A program made the position numbers and the translations under genes. This document shows positions 38,593 to 48,417 of a DNA stretch of 64,000 bases, one piece after another; position 1 is the stretch's first letter, and every line of letters starts with the position of its first letter. The stretch lies in contig OY970355.1 in the NCBI GenBank assembly GCA_963718525.1, positions 2,336,001 through 2,400,000 on the forward strand, written 5' to 3'. Under the pieces are notes generated by a model, which worked only from the letters and a program-made list of their open reading frames with translations, was not told the origin of the DNA and made no database searches. The DNA is from Candidatus Dormiibacterota bacterium (lineage in GTDB: Bacteria > Chloroflexota > Dormibacteria > Aeolococcales > Aeolococcaceae).

Positions 38593-39977
38593 GCGCGATG
38601 CCGCCGGCGATGGCCACGGCCGCGCCGCTCGAGGTGGGCGAGTCGTGGCGCCGGCTTCACCCGCTCTCCCCGATTGTCCGTTTCGGGAGGGTGCTGATCG
38701 GCGTCATCGTCGTCGCGGTGCCGTCGATCGCGGAGCAGCAGGGTCTGCACCACGACGGGGGTCTGCCCATCTCGGTCTTCGTCTATGTCGGGCTGCTCGT
38801 CCTCGGTGGTATCGGCGGGGTCATCTCCTGGCTGGTCACCCGCTGGAGAATCGCCGGCGGGAACCTGCAGATCGAGACGGGGTTCATCCGGCGGCAGTCG
38901 CTGCGCATCCCGCTCGCGCGCATCCAGGCGGTGGACGTCATCGCTCCGCTCTCGGCTCGGTTTCTTGGCCTGGCCGAAGTGCGCGTCGTGTCGGCTGGAC
39001 GAGGTGCCGAGCACGGCCGGCTCGCGTATCTCACGGCCGCCCAGGCGCCGGTGGTCCGGGCCCGCTTGCTCGCGCTCGCCCATGGGCTGGAGGTCGGCAC
39101 CCCTGAGCCTGCAGCGCTGCCGCTCCTGCACGTGCAGAACGGGCTTCTGCTTCCCGCTCTGCTCATGCGCGCGCAGGTGCTGGCCCCGATGCTGATCGCA
39201 ATCGCCGGTATCGCGGCGATCGCAGCAGCCCCGGTCGTCGGCGCGGGTGCGCTGGGCAGCGCGGTCACCGTCCTGGTCATCAGCGGGCTTGGCGTTGCTC
39301 GGGCTTTCAACGAGGACTTTGACTTCGCCATCAGCGAAGCCGGAGATGGCGTTCGCCTCGACCGCGGCCTGCTCCAGCGGCGTCACGAGACCATCCCCTA
39401 CGGCCGCATCCAGGCCGTCCGTGTCGTCGAGCCGCTGTTCTGGCGGGCCTTCGGGTGGGCCCGTCTCGAGGTCGACGTCGCCAGGCAGAGCGTGTCTCGC
39501 GAAGCTGACCGCGATGCGCAACAGGTGGCACGGACGCTGATTCCGGTGGCGTCGCGCGACCAGGCGTTGTGGCTCCTCGCGAGGGTCATGCCCGACGCAC
39601 ACCCGAATCCTCCGCCCGACGCGGGGCCGCCGTCGCGGGCGCGCCTCAAGGCTCCGCTGTCGTTTCACCTCCTCGCCGCCTGGTTCGGCCAGCGATATGT
39701 CTACGCGCGAACCGGCCGGGTGCAACGCTCGACAATCATCGTGCCCCTGGTCAAGGTGCAGAGCGTTCGCCTCAAGTCGGGGCCGCTGCAGCGTGCGTTC
39801 CAGGTCGCGACCGTCGACGTCGACACTGCCGGTCGCCGGTGGCAAGCGTCTGCGCGCTGCAGGGACGAGCAGGATGCTGTCGAGATGGTGCGTCATATCA
39901 GCGAGCGCGCTCGCCTGTCCCGGAGGTTGCCACCGCCACTGCCGGCAGCCTCCGCGCCCGTCCCTGCCGCCGGATAA
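38589..39977 (+). CDS. YdbT-like membrane protein with three bPH_2 domains
   Basis: WRRLHPLSP; repeated IPLARIQAVD, IPYGRIQAVR, VPLVKVQSVR. Confidence 0.9.
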   Translation: MSAMPPAMATAAPLEVGESWRRLHPLSPIVRFGRVLIGVIVVAVPSIAEQQGLHHDGGLPISVFVYVGLLVLGGIGGVISWLVTRWRIAGGNLQIETGFIRRQSLRIPLARIQAVDVIAPLSARFLGLAEVRVVSAGRGAEHGRLAYLTAAQAPVVRARLLALAHGLEVGTPEPAALPLLHVQNGLLLPALLMRAQVLAPMLIAIAGIAAIAAAPVVGAGALGSAVTVLVISGLGVARAFNEDFDFAISEAGDGVRLDRGLLQRRHETIPYGRIQAVRVVEPLFWRAFGWARLEVDVARQSVSREADRDAQQVARTLIPVASRDQALWLLARVMPDAHPNPPPDAGPPSRARLKAPLSFHLLAAWFGQRYVYARTGRVQRSTIIVPLVKVQSVRLKSGPLQRAFQVATVDVDTAGRRWQASARCRDEQDAVEMVRHISERARLSRRLPPPLPAASAPVPAAG

Positions 39978-40007
39978 GCCGGCGTCCGTGGCAAGATCGC
40001 AGTACTC

Positions 40008-40205
40008 ATGGCGGTGACAGCCCGGTGCGACTGCGACGGAGAGGAAACACCGATCTTTCGGCTCGCCGCGGTGATCCTCGACGGCAGGATGGCGCGCGTC
40101 TGTCCGGCCTGCGCTTCGAAGTACAAGAGCCGCATCGAGATGCCCTATTCGCCGCGCGTTGACCAGGGCGCCATCCAGCCGAGCACGTCGAGGGAGGTCT
40201 GGTAG
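40008..40205 (+). CDS. Small putative zinc-binding protein
   Basis: 65 aa with CDC and CPAC motifs; fills the gap between ydbT-like and pyrF. Confidence 0.6.
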   Translation: MAVTARCDCDGEETPIFRLAAVILDGRMARVCPACASKYKSRIEMPYSPRVDQGAIQPSTSREVW

Positions 40206-40209
40206 CCCC

Positions 40210-40998
40210 GTGACATTCGCCGCACGCCTGGACGCGTGCGTCGAAGCCTCTGGTTCGCTGCTCTGCTGTGGCCTCGATCCCGACGGGTTCGCGAGCGCCG
40301 CGGAGGCCGAGCGTCGCTGCCTCGACATCGTCAACGAGACCATCGAGCACGTCTGCGCCTTCAAGCCGAACCTCGCATTCTTCGAGCAACTGGGATCCGC
40401 CGGGTACGCGATCCTCGAGCGGCTCCGAGCTCGGATACCGGCAGATCGCATCCTGATCCTCGACGCGAAGCGAGGCGATATGGGCAACACCGCCGAGGCA
40501 TACGCGCGAGCGCTCTTCGATGTGCTCGGCGCCGACTGCGTCACCGTGAATCCGCTGCTCGGGAGCAACTCAGTGCTGCCCTTCCTGCAGCGGGCCGGCC
40601 GCGGCGCGCTGCTGGTCGCGCGAAGCAGCAACCCGGGAGCGGTCGATCTCCTGGATGCGCGACTCGAGTCCGGCATGCCGGTCAGCGCTCGAATTGTGGA
40701 GCTGGGCCTCGGATGGGACCCGGGTGGAGCGGTGGGCTTCGTCGTCGGAGCGACCAGGCCGGAGGCTGTCGCCGCCATCCGCACGGCGGCCCCCGACGCG
40801 CCGCTGCTGCTCCCGGGGGTGGGGGCCCAGGGTGGCGCGCTCGAGGAATCGGTCGGCGCCGGACTCGATGCGCGTGGACGCGGAGCGATCATCTCGGTGA
40901 GCAGGGGGATTGCCGCCGCACCCCAGGGTGCTGCGAGCGCAGCGCGGGAGTTCCGCGAGCGTATCGAGCAGGTCCGGGCCGCGGTTGCACGTGCATGA
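40210..40998 (+). CDS. pyrF: Orotidine-5'-phosphate decarboxylase (subfamily 2)
   Basis: LCCGLDP, FKPNLAFFE, DAKRGDMGNT, SNPG, VVGAT, LLPGVGAQGG, SRGI. Confidence 0.95.
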   Translation: MTFAARLDACVEASGSLLCCGLDPDGFASAAEAERRCLDIVNETIEHVCAFKPNLAFFEQLGSAGYAILERLRARIPADRILILDAKRGDMGNTAEAYARALFDVLGADCVTVNPLLGSNSVLPFLQRAGRGALLVARSSNPGAVDLLDARLESGMPVSARIVELGLGWDPGGAVGFVVGATRPEAVAAIRTAAPDAPLLLPGVGAQGGALEESVGAGLDARGRGAIISVSRGIAAAPQGAASAAREFRERIEQVRAAVARA

Positions 40999-41931
40999 CC
41001 GTTCAGCTGGCCCTCATCCGCAACGACGACCAGGTGGAGCACGAGAGCCCGGGGCATCCCGAACGACCTGACCGGGTGCTGTCGATCCTCGAGGGCATCT
41101 CCGCAGACGATGAGCTGGCGGCATTGCCATGGCTCGTCCCACCCGCCGGAGACCGCGATCTCCCGCTCATGGTCCACTCGCACGACGAGGTTCGTCGAGT
41201 TCGAGGGATTGGCGGTCAAGGGCGGGGGCTGGTTCGATCCCGACACCTACTGCACCGAGTCCTCGTATGCCGTGGCCCTGGACGCGGCAGCCTGCTCGGC
41301 ACGGGCGGCGGAGGCGCTGATGCAGGGTGAAACCCGGGCCTCGTTCGCGGTGATCAGACCGCCTGGGCACCACGCAACCCCGTACGTGCCGATGGGCTTC
41401 TGCCTCTTCAACAACGCCGCAATCGCGGTACGCTCCGCCCAGAAGGCGGGCGCGGCGCGGGTCGCGATCGTCGACATCGACGTGCACCACGGCAACGGAA
41501 CCCAGGACATCTTCTATGCCGATCCCTCGGTGCTGTACGCCTCGCTGCACCAGTCCCCGTGGTATCCGGGAACGGGCCAGCCCTCCGATCGCGGCGATCC
41601 CGGCGCCTCGGGGATGACGTTGAACGTCCCGGTGCCGTCGGGGACCGACGGCGTGCGCTGGCTGCAACTGTTCGACGCGGTGGTGATGCCCGAGGTGGCC
41701 GCCTTCGAGCCGGAGCTCCTCGTCGTGAGTGCGGGATTCGACGCCCATCGAGACGATCCGCTCGCAGAGCTGCGTCTCGAGGATGAGACGTACGCGTCGA
41801 TCGCTGATCGCGTGCGCACGCTCGCCGATGCCCACTGCGAGGGACGATCCTTGTGGCTTCTCGAAGGTGGCTACGACCTTCGAGCAATCGCCGCCTCGGT
41901 GGCGGGATGTCTGCACGTGCTCGCCGCCTGA
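40995..41931 (+). pseudogene. Histone deacetylase/AcuC family protein split by a +1 frameshift at about 41200 (real or sequencing error)
   Basis: Frame A: GHPERPDR...MVHSHDEVRRV; frame B: EGLAVKGGGWFDPDTY, RPPGHHA, GFCLFNN, DIDVHHGNGTQ, SAGFDAH, LEGGY. Confidence 0.85.
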
Positions 41932-42749
41932 CCCGAGCCTGTCGCCCGGCTGCCGTCGCGGCTGGTGTCGCGGCGCTGCTCGCCGCATGCGCCGGGGTGC
42001 CGTCCGCTGCGTCGCGGACGCCGACGCCGAGGCCCACCGTCGTCCTGATCCCAACGCCGAGCCCGACCGCGCAGCTCGTCGGCACCACTCGCACGGTGCT
42101 GAGCCCTCTCGGGCTGCGCATCCACTCCACGCCGGTGCTCGACTCCAGGAACGTGCTCGGCGGCTTCTCGCAGGGACGAACCTTCACCGTCCTCGAGTAT
42201 CAGAGCGGCGGCGGAGGGTGGTTCCGGGTCCAGGGACGGACCCTCACCGGGTGGGTCGTCGCAGACCCGACGCTCACCGCCGCGGGAACCTTCAACCCCT
42301 ACTCGGAGGCGAACGGCGTCACGGCGCTCTACCCGCAGACGTGGGGGTTCCAGCAGGAGTCCTTCGGATCCCTGTTCGTCCCGCAGCAGGGGAGCACCGA
42401 GAGCGCGGTGCTCGACATGGCGACCAGCCTCAAGTCATTCGGCGCTGCCGGGTTACCCGGGTACACCCAGTCGAGCTCGACCCCCGTGCTGGTGTGCGGC
42501 TACACGGGCACTGTCAGCTACTACGTGAAGCAGACGCCGTACTCGGGCCCGACGCCCGCACCGTTGCCGGTACCACATGAGCCTTTCTATGCGGAGGTCC
42601 GCCTCACGATCGATACGACGCACGCCATGCTGATCGGGTTCAACTACCAGAACAGCAGCCAGCTCGAGGTGTTCTCCAACCTGTACAACTCGGTCGCGTT
42701 CCCGTTCCCGCTGTGCGAGAAGACCGCACCGCCGACGGCGTCGCCTTAA
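41907..42749 (+). CDS. Lipoprotein with bacterial SH3 domain
   Basis: Lipobox LAAC, Pro/Thr linker, GLRIHSTP...GWFRVQG...GWV SH3b pattern. Confidence 0.75.
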   Translation: MSARARRLTRACRPAAVAAGVAALLAACAGVPSAASRTPTPRPTVVLIPTPSPTAQLVGTTRTVLSPLGLRIHSTPVLDSRNVLGGFSQGRTFTVLEYQSGGGGWFRVQGRTLTGWVVADPTLTAAGTFNPYSEANGVTALYPQTWGFQQESFGSLFVPQQGSTESAVLDMATSLKSFGAAGLPGYTQSSSTPVLVCGYTGTVSYYVKQTPYSGPTPAPLPVPHEPFYAEVRLTIDTTHAMLIGFNYQNSSQLEVFSNLYNSVAFPFPLCEKTAPPTASP

Positions 42750-43708
42750 AGCACCGTGCTTCCGGTGCTGTGATTCACGCCAGGCACCGCATTGCTGTTG
42801 ACGATCGTCGTGTTGGCAATTGACATGCCGGCGGCGGCGATCAGCAGGATCGCGACGTAGGCAGCGCCGAGACCCAGACGCCGCGAGGCAGCGGCTTGCG
42901 TCGGATCCGTCGCCGGGTTGCTCCTCCGGAACCTGCCGATGGTGTGGAAGACGCCGAGGATGAGGAAGATGATGCCGATCGGGTTGCCGAACAGGAGCAC
43001 GACACCGGCGACCACCAGGAGGCCGAGCACGTTGATCCATCGGGGGATCGCGTCGGCGACCTTGGCTCCGTCGAGAAAGCCCACCGGAATCAGGTTGATG
43101 AGGTTGAGGAAACAGCCGAAGTACGCGAGCGCGAGCAGCAGGTATCGGAAGTATCCCGGGCTCGCGGCTTCGGCAAGGAGGAAACAGAGCAGCGCGGCCG
43201 CTGTGCCCAGCGCGGGACCGGCGATCGCGATGATGCCCGACTTGCCGGCGTCCGCCGGGGCTCGGCGCAGGTTGGTGACCGCGCCGAGCGGTCCCAGGAA
43301 GATGGGCAACCGCGCAGGCAATCCCATCCACCTCGCAACGATGAAATGCCCGAGCTCGTGGACCAGGATCAGGAGCACGAGGCCGATGGCGAACGCCGGC
43401 CCGAAGAACAGCGTGTAGAACCAGATCGCGATGATCATGGTGATCAGGGTCGGACCGAATGTGCCGAACTTGACCAGAAATAGTCCGTATTTGAAGAACG
43501 CGATGATGGCCGCGACGATGCCGCCGGCGACACCCTCGCGGCGGCGGCGCTGCTGGCGCGGCGCTGTCGGGCTGTGCTGCTGGATCGCCTGGTGTGCCGG
43601 CGGCGGCGGCGGCAGCCAGGGGGCGCCGTCGCCGGAGGTTGTCACCGAGCTGTCCGGGAGCCACTGATAGATCGGGGGCTCGTCGTCCGGCGGGGGAAGT
43701 TGACTCAT
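42746..43708 (-). CDS. Site-2 protease (M50 family)
   Basis: HELGH, IAIAGP, NLINLIPVGFLDG. Confidence 0.92.
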   Translation of the reverse strand: MSQLPPPDDEPPIYQWLPDSSVTTSGDGAPWLPPPPPAHQAIQQHSPTAPRQQRRRREGVAGGIVAAIIAFFKYGLFLVKFGTFGPTLITMIIAIWFYTLFFGPAFAIGLVLLILVHELGHFIVARWMGLPARLPIFLGPLGAVTNLRRAPADAGKSGIIAIAGPALGTAAALLCFLLAEAASPGYFRYLLLALAYFGCFLNLINLIPVGFLDGAKVADAIPRWINVLGLLVVAGVVLLFGNPIGIIFLILGVFHTIGRFRRSNPATDPTQAAASRRLGLGAAYVAILLIAAAGMSIANTTIVNSNAVPGVNHSTGSTVL

Positions 43709-43775
43709 CTGTATCGATCATGGCACGCCCTGCCGAACCCGCCGGTGAATCGTTGGCGGTAAGGTGTGCCGTCAC

Positions 43776-44669
43776 ATGAGTGGTGACAGCCTGTCGGGCA
43801 TACGGATCGGCATCGTCGGCACCGGCGTGATGGCCGAGGCGATGCTGGCCGGCCTACTCGAGAACGAGCTCGTGCCGGCGCGCAGTGTCGTCTGCACGCA
43901 TCCGCGTGCGGCGCGCCGCGAGGCCCTCGCAGCGACCTATCACGTGAACGTCACAGCGCTGAACCTCGAGGCGACCGTGGACACCGACGTCGTCCTGCTC
44001 GGCGTCAAGCCGCAGATGCTCGGCGGGGTCATGGCGGAGCTCCGCGGCTCCCTGCGTCCCGAGCAGCTGGTGATCAGCATCATCGCCGGGGCGACGACCA
44101 CGGCGCTCAGCGAGGGGTTGGACCACAAAGCAGTGGTGCGCTGCATGCCGAACACCCCCGCCCAGATCGGTCGAGGGGTCACCGTCTGGTATGCAACCGA
44201 CAGCGTCGACGAGGTGGGCAAGGCTCGAACCCGCGCCATGCTGGCCGCACTCGGGCGGGAGTTCGGGGTGCACGACGAGCGCCAGGTGGCGATGGCCACG
44301 GCGGTGAGCGGAACCGGCCCCACCTACATCTTCCTGTTCATCGAGGCGCTGACCGATGCGGCCGTGCATCTCGGGTTTCCCCGTCACGTGGCACGGGAGC
44401 TCGTGCTCGACACCATGCAGGGGAGCGCGGAGTTCGCGCTTCGGAGTGGCAAGCATGTGGCCGAGCTTCGCGACATGGTGACCTCGCCGGGAGGGACATC
44501 GGCCGAGGCGCTCTACCAGCTCGAGCGCGGCGGCCTTCGGACCGTGGTCAGCGACGCCGTGTGGGCTGCGTTCGAGCGAACCCTCCGGATCGAGGCGACC
44601 CTGGAGCAGCGCGAACCAGGTCCGGCGACCTCGTCACCGCAACGCACGATCCGACCGTCGAGGTCCTGA
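43776..44669 (+). CDS. proC: Pyrroline-5-carboxylate reductase
   Basis: IGIVGTGVMA, LGVKPQ, VRCMPNTPA, TAVSGTGP, VTSPGGTS. Confidence 0.95.
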   Translation: MSGDSLSGIRIGIVGTGVMAEAMLAGLLENELVPARSVVCTHPRAARREALAATYHVNVTALNLEATVDTDVVLLGVKPQMLGGVMAELRGSLRPEQLVISIIAGATTTALSEGLDHKAVVRCMPNTPAQIGRGVTVWYATDSVDEVGKARTRAMLAALGREFGVHDERQVAMATAVSGTGPTYIFLFIEALTDAAVHLGFPRHVARELVLDTMQGSAEFALRSGKHVAELRDMVTSPGGTSAEALYQLERGGLRTVVSDAVWAAFERTLRIEATLEQREPGPATSSPQRTIRPSRS

Positions 44670-44705
44670 CCTGCCGTCACGGGGCCTGCAATACTCCCAT
44701 CCACG

Positions 44706-45950
44706 ATGCCCAGAACCCATCTCATCGGCATGTTGCTCGGGGTCGAGGAGGACTGGCCGGCCGCCTTCGAGGCGCTGCTGGCGCGGGCCGATCTCTCGGT
44801 GCGCGAGGGCGGTGAGACGCATCGCTTCAGCACCGAGCGCGTCACCATCGAGCCCTTCGATCTGCGCATGAAGCCGCGTCATTCACTGGTCATCGACCGC
44901 CTCGGCTGGTGGTATCCGATGCCCCGCGAGTGGTTGAAGAAGGTGGTGCTCATGGACCGCGTTCATCTGCTCAACAACCCGTTCACGTTCCAGGCCATGG
45001 AGAAGCACGCGGCCTACTGCGCGATGATCCGCCTCGGCCTCAAGGTCCCCGAGACATGGATGCTGCCCAACAAGACACCGCCGGACAATCCGCGGTTTGC
45101 CGGCACGGCGCAGCGGTATCTGCGCTACTTCGACCTCGAGGCCGTCGCCCGAGCAGTCGGGATGCCGCTGTACATGAAGCCGTTTGACGGTGGTGCGTGG
45201 GTGGGTGTGAGCCGCATCGAGAACGCCGAGACGCTGTACCGCGCCTACGACGAGTCCGAGCAGCGGCTGATGCATCTCCAGGCATCGGTCGATGGATACG
45301 ACGCATTCGCGCGGAGCCTCGGCATCGGCGCGGAGTCGATTGTGCTGCACTTCCATCCGGAGCGGCCGATGCACGAGCGATATTCCGTGGATCACGGTTT
45401 CCTCAGCGCGCGCGCCGGCGACGAGGTGGTGACCATCCTGCGCACCGTCAACGCGTTTTTCCGCTGGGAGCTCAACAGCTGCGAAACCCTGGTCCGGGGC
45501 GATGACGTGTATCCCATCGACTACGCAAACGCGACCCCGGACCTCGCCCTCACCAGCCTGCACTATTACTTCCCGTGGGCGATCCGAAGCCTGTTGAAAT
45601 GGGTCGTGTTCTGCTGCGTCACGGGTCGTCTGCAGTCGGTTGACCTCGACACCGAAAAATACTTCGCGATCGCCGACCGCGCGGATCTGAGCTATGAGGA
45701 GAAGCTCGCCGGATACCGCAAGCTCGCCGACACTCAGCTCGAGGTCGAGCGGTATCGCGAGTTCTGCGCCCGGCACCTCGCCCACGTCGACGAGGTGTCG
45801 GTGGCCTGGGTGGAAAGCCCCGACTTCGACCGGATCATCGTCGACACGGTCCGGAACACGTTCCCGGCATACGAGCAGGAGCAGTTCATCGCGCACTTCC
45901 GCGGTCTGCTGGCTGCGTGGGCTCATGATCAACGCGTGGAGGCGGCGTAG
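44706..45950 (+). CDS. ATP-grasp ligase (RimK/glutathione-synthetase-like)
   Basis: LNNPFTFQAMEKH, LKVPETWMLP, PLYMKPFDGGAWVGV, NSCE..YPIDYAN. Confidence 0.85.
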   Translation: MPRTHLIGMLLGVEEDWPAAFEALLARADLSVREGGETHRFSTERVTIEPFDLRMKPRHSLVIDRLGWWYPMPREWLKKVVLMDRVHLLNNPFTFQAMEKHAAYCAMIRLGLKVPETWMLPNKTPPDNPRFAGTAQRYLRYFDLEAVARAVGMPLYMKPFDGGAWVGVSRIENAETLYRAYDESEQRLMHLQASVDGYDAFARSLGIGAESIVLHFHPERPMHERYSVDHGFLSARAGDEVVTILRTVNAFFRWELNSCETLVRGDDVYPIDYANATPDLALTSLHYYFPWAIRSLLKWVVFCCVTGRLQSVDLDTEKYFAIADRADLSYEEKLAGYRKLADTQLEVERYREFCARHLAHVDEVSVAWVESPDFDRIIVDTVRNTFPAYEQEQFIAHFRGLLAAWAHDQRVEAA

Positions 45951-45962
45951 AGTCGATCCCTC

Positions 45963-47156
45963 ATGACCCACATCGAATTCGTTTCCAGTCCGCGGCCCAC
46001 CGTTGGCGTGGAGATGGAGCTGGAGCTCATCAACCGCGACACGCGTGAGCTGGTGAGCGGCGCACATGAAATTCTCGGGGAGATGGGCGCTCCGCACGGC
46101 GAAGCGGGGCATCCAAAGGCCAAGAAGGAACTCCTCCAGTCGACAGTCGAGATCATCACCGGCATCTGTGAGACCGTGGCCGACATCAAGGCGGATCTCG
46201 CGGCGACCATGGCGGAGCTGCGCGAGCACACCGAGCCGCGCAACCTCGAGATCATGTGCTCGGGAACGCATCCGTTCAGCGATCCCGCGCTCCAGGAGAT
46301 CAGTCCTGATCCGCGCTATCTCAGGCTGGTCAACGACATGCAGTGGCCCGCAAAGCAGATGCAGATCTTTGGCATCCACGTGCACGTCGGGGTGCGCAGC
46401 GGGGAGAAGGCCATCGCGATGGTGAATGCGCTCTCCGCCTACATCCCGCATTTCCTCGCGTTGTCGGCGTCGAGCCCGTACTGGATGGGGCACGAGACCG
46501 GCATGGCGTCGTGGCGCTCCAAGGTGTTCGAGAGTCTTCCGACCGCCGGCCCACCGTGGCTGCTGAGCGGCTGGCCGCAGTTCGAGCAGTTGATGGACAC
46601 GCTGATCTCGTCGCGCACCATCAAGACGATTCGCGAGGTGTGGTGGGACATCCGACCCCACCCGGCCTTCGGTACCGTGGAGATCCGCGTCTGCGACGGC
46701 ATCCCCACGCTGCGCGAGGTGGGCGTCGTTGCCGCGTTGAGTCAGTGCCTGGTGCACCAGTTCGACGTGATGATCGACCGCGGCTACACGCTGCCGACGC
46801 CCCGCGCGTGGCTGGTCCGTGAGAACAAGTGGCGCGCTGCCCGTCACGGCCTCGACGCGTCGATCATCGTTGATGAGGGCGGCACAACCGTGCCGTTGCG
46901 CCAGGCGATTCGCGAGCTCGTCGAGGACCTGACCCCGGTTGCGGCACGTCTGGGATGCACGAGCGAGCTCCGCGGCGCCGTCGACATCATGGACCGCGGG
47001 TCGAGCTACATCCGGCAGCGTGAGGTCGTCGCCGCGGGAGGGTCCCTTGCCGACGTGGTGGACAGCCTGATCGCGGAGTTGCGTGCCGACATGCCGGCAC
47101 CACGTTCAGCGGTGCTCGAAGCGGTGGGCAAGCAGGCGGTCGCCGCCGGCGACTGA
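45963..47156 (+). CDS. YbdK-family carboxylate-amine ligase (glutamate-cysteine ligase family 2)
   Basis: TVGVEMELEL, ELLQSTVEI, SGTHPF, FGIHVHVG, LALSASSPYW, WWDIRPHPAFGTVEIRVCD, ENKWRAARHG. Confidence 0.92.
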   Translation: MTHIEFVSSPRPTVGVEMELELINRDTRELVSGAHEILGEMGAPHGEAGHPKAKKELLQSTVEIITGICETVADIKADLAATMAELREHTEPRNLEIMCSGTHPFSDPALQEISPDPRYLRLVNDMQWPAKQMQIFGIHVHVGVRSGEKAIAMVNALSAYIPHFLALSASSPYWMGHETGMASWRSKVFESLPTAGPPWLLSGWPQFEQLMDTLISSRTIKTIREVWWDIRPHPAFGTVEIRVCDGIPTLREVGVVAALSQCLVHQFDVMIDRGYTLPTPRAWLVRENKWRAARHGLDASIIVDEGGTTVPLRQAIRELVEDLTPVAARLGCTSELRGAVDIMDRGSSYIRQREVVAAGGSLADVVDSLIAELRADMPAPRSAVLEAVGKQAVAAGD

Positions 47157-47192
47157 CGGCACACCGGCGCTCTGCGTCGTGTCGGGGCGACG

Positions 47193-48417
47193 TCAGTACG
47201 CGTAGAGCTGCAGCTCGGTCGCGAAGCGATCGGCAATCTCGATGCACGAACTCGAGCATCGGATGACGGACGATGACCATGCCGTCCGAGATCAGCGTCA
47301 TCAACCAGTCGCGCCGCGGCGCTCCGATCGGCACAAGGTCGATGGCGCAGACCCATTCATCGTAATCGGAGAGCAGCCGCGAGAGCCCGTCGACGTGCGT
47401 GATCCGTCCCTGTCCCTGGGCACGTTTGAAGATGGACGCGGCATTGTAGCGGCGGTCGATCGGCTCGGAGAGGCGTCCGTGGATGAGCGCTTCGGCCCAC
47501 TGCTGGAACAGGTCGATGTCGTTCGCGAAATTCATCACATCGACGGTGCGAGCGCCGGGTGGGCGCGCTCCGATCTCGCCGAACACCACCTCGCCGTTGT
47601 CGCGCCGGTACCACTCCATGTGCGTGAACCCGTCGCGGAACTGGAGAGCGCGCAGCACGTCGCGGCCCATGGCTCGGCCACTCGAGAGCTCGGGTGCGTC
47701 GATGTCGCGCATGACCATGGTCACCGGGCTGATCCACTCGAGCTGGCGCGCGATCAGCGGTCGCGGCCGGTACCAAGCGACGTTGTCGAACAGCACCTCG
47801 CCGCGCGAGCAGATGGTGTCGTACGTGTACTCGGTCGCCTCGACGAATTCCTCGACGCTGACCTCGTCCACCCACACGAGCTTGGGCAGCACGCTCTCGA
47901 GCTCGGTTGGGCTATCCACACGATACGTGTCGGCGGATCCCGCGCCGGCGATCGGCTTGACGATGATCGGAAAGCCGATGCGCTCCGCGGCGCCGCGGAC
48001 GGCCACCGCTGTCGTGCACCGGTAGTGGTGCGGCGTCCGGATTCCCGCCGCATCGAGCACCTGCTTCATCCGCTCCTTGTCGCGAAACGGGATGGTCTGC
48101 TCGACGGTCATCCCGGGGATACCCAGGGTTTCGCGGATCCGCGCGGCGAGCACCATCGTGGGCTCCCACAACGACGCCACGTGGTCGATGTGAAGGCCGG
48201 AGGACCGCCGCGCCACCTCGAGGACAATCGCGTCCTCGTCGGCGAAGGACGGCACCTGCCAGTACGCCGCCAAGTGGTCGCGGGCCATGTTCGGGAGCGC
48301 GGAGACGGATTGATCGCCGGCGCCGATGACCTGTGCACCGGCGCGAGCAAGACCACGAGTGAAGAACGGCATCTCCGCGGGGTAGCCCGGCGAGATCATC
48401 AGGACCGTCACGTTCAT
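47193..48417 (-). CDS. ATP-grasp ligase with an apparent +1 frameshift at about 47250 near the C-terminus
   Basis: FRDKERMK, PIIVKPIAGAGS, VEEFV, HMEWY, EIGARPPG; the shifted frame gives ..SCIEIADRFATELQLYAY* ending at 47193 and removes a 170-bp overlap with the ligase gene. Confidence 0.85.

Noticed and set aside
38334-41246. 970-aa minus-strand ORF, and similar long ORFs at 44883-46847 and 54621-56987
   Set aside because: Antisense shadows of clear + strand genes in high-GC DNA; no motifs and Arg/Pro/Ala-rich composition
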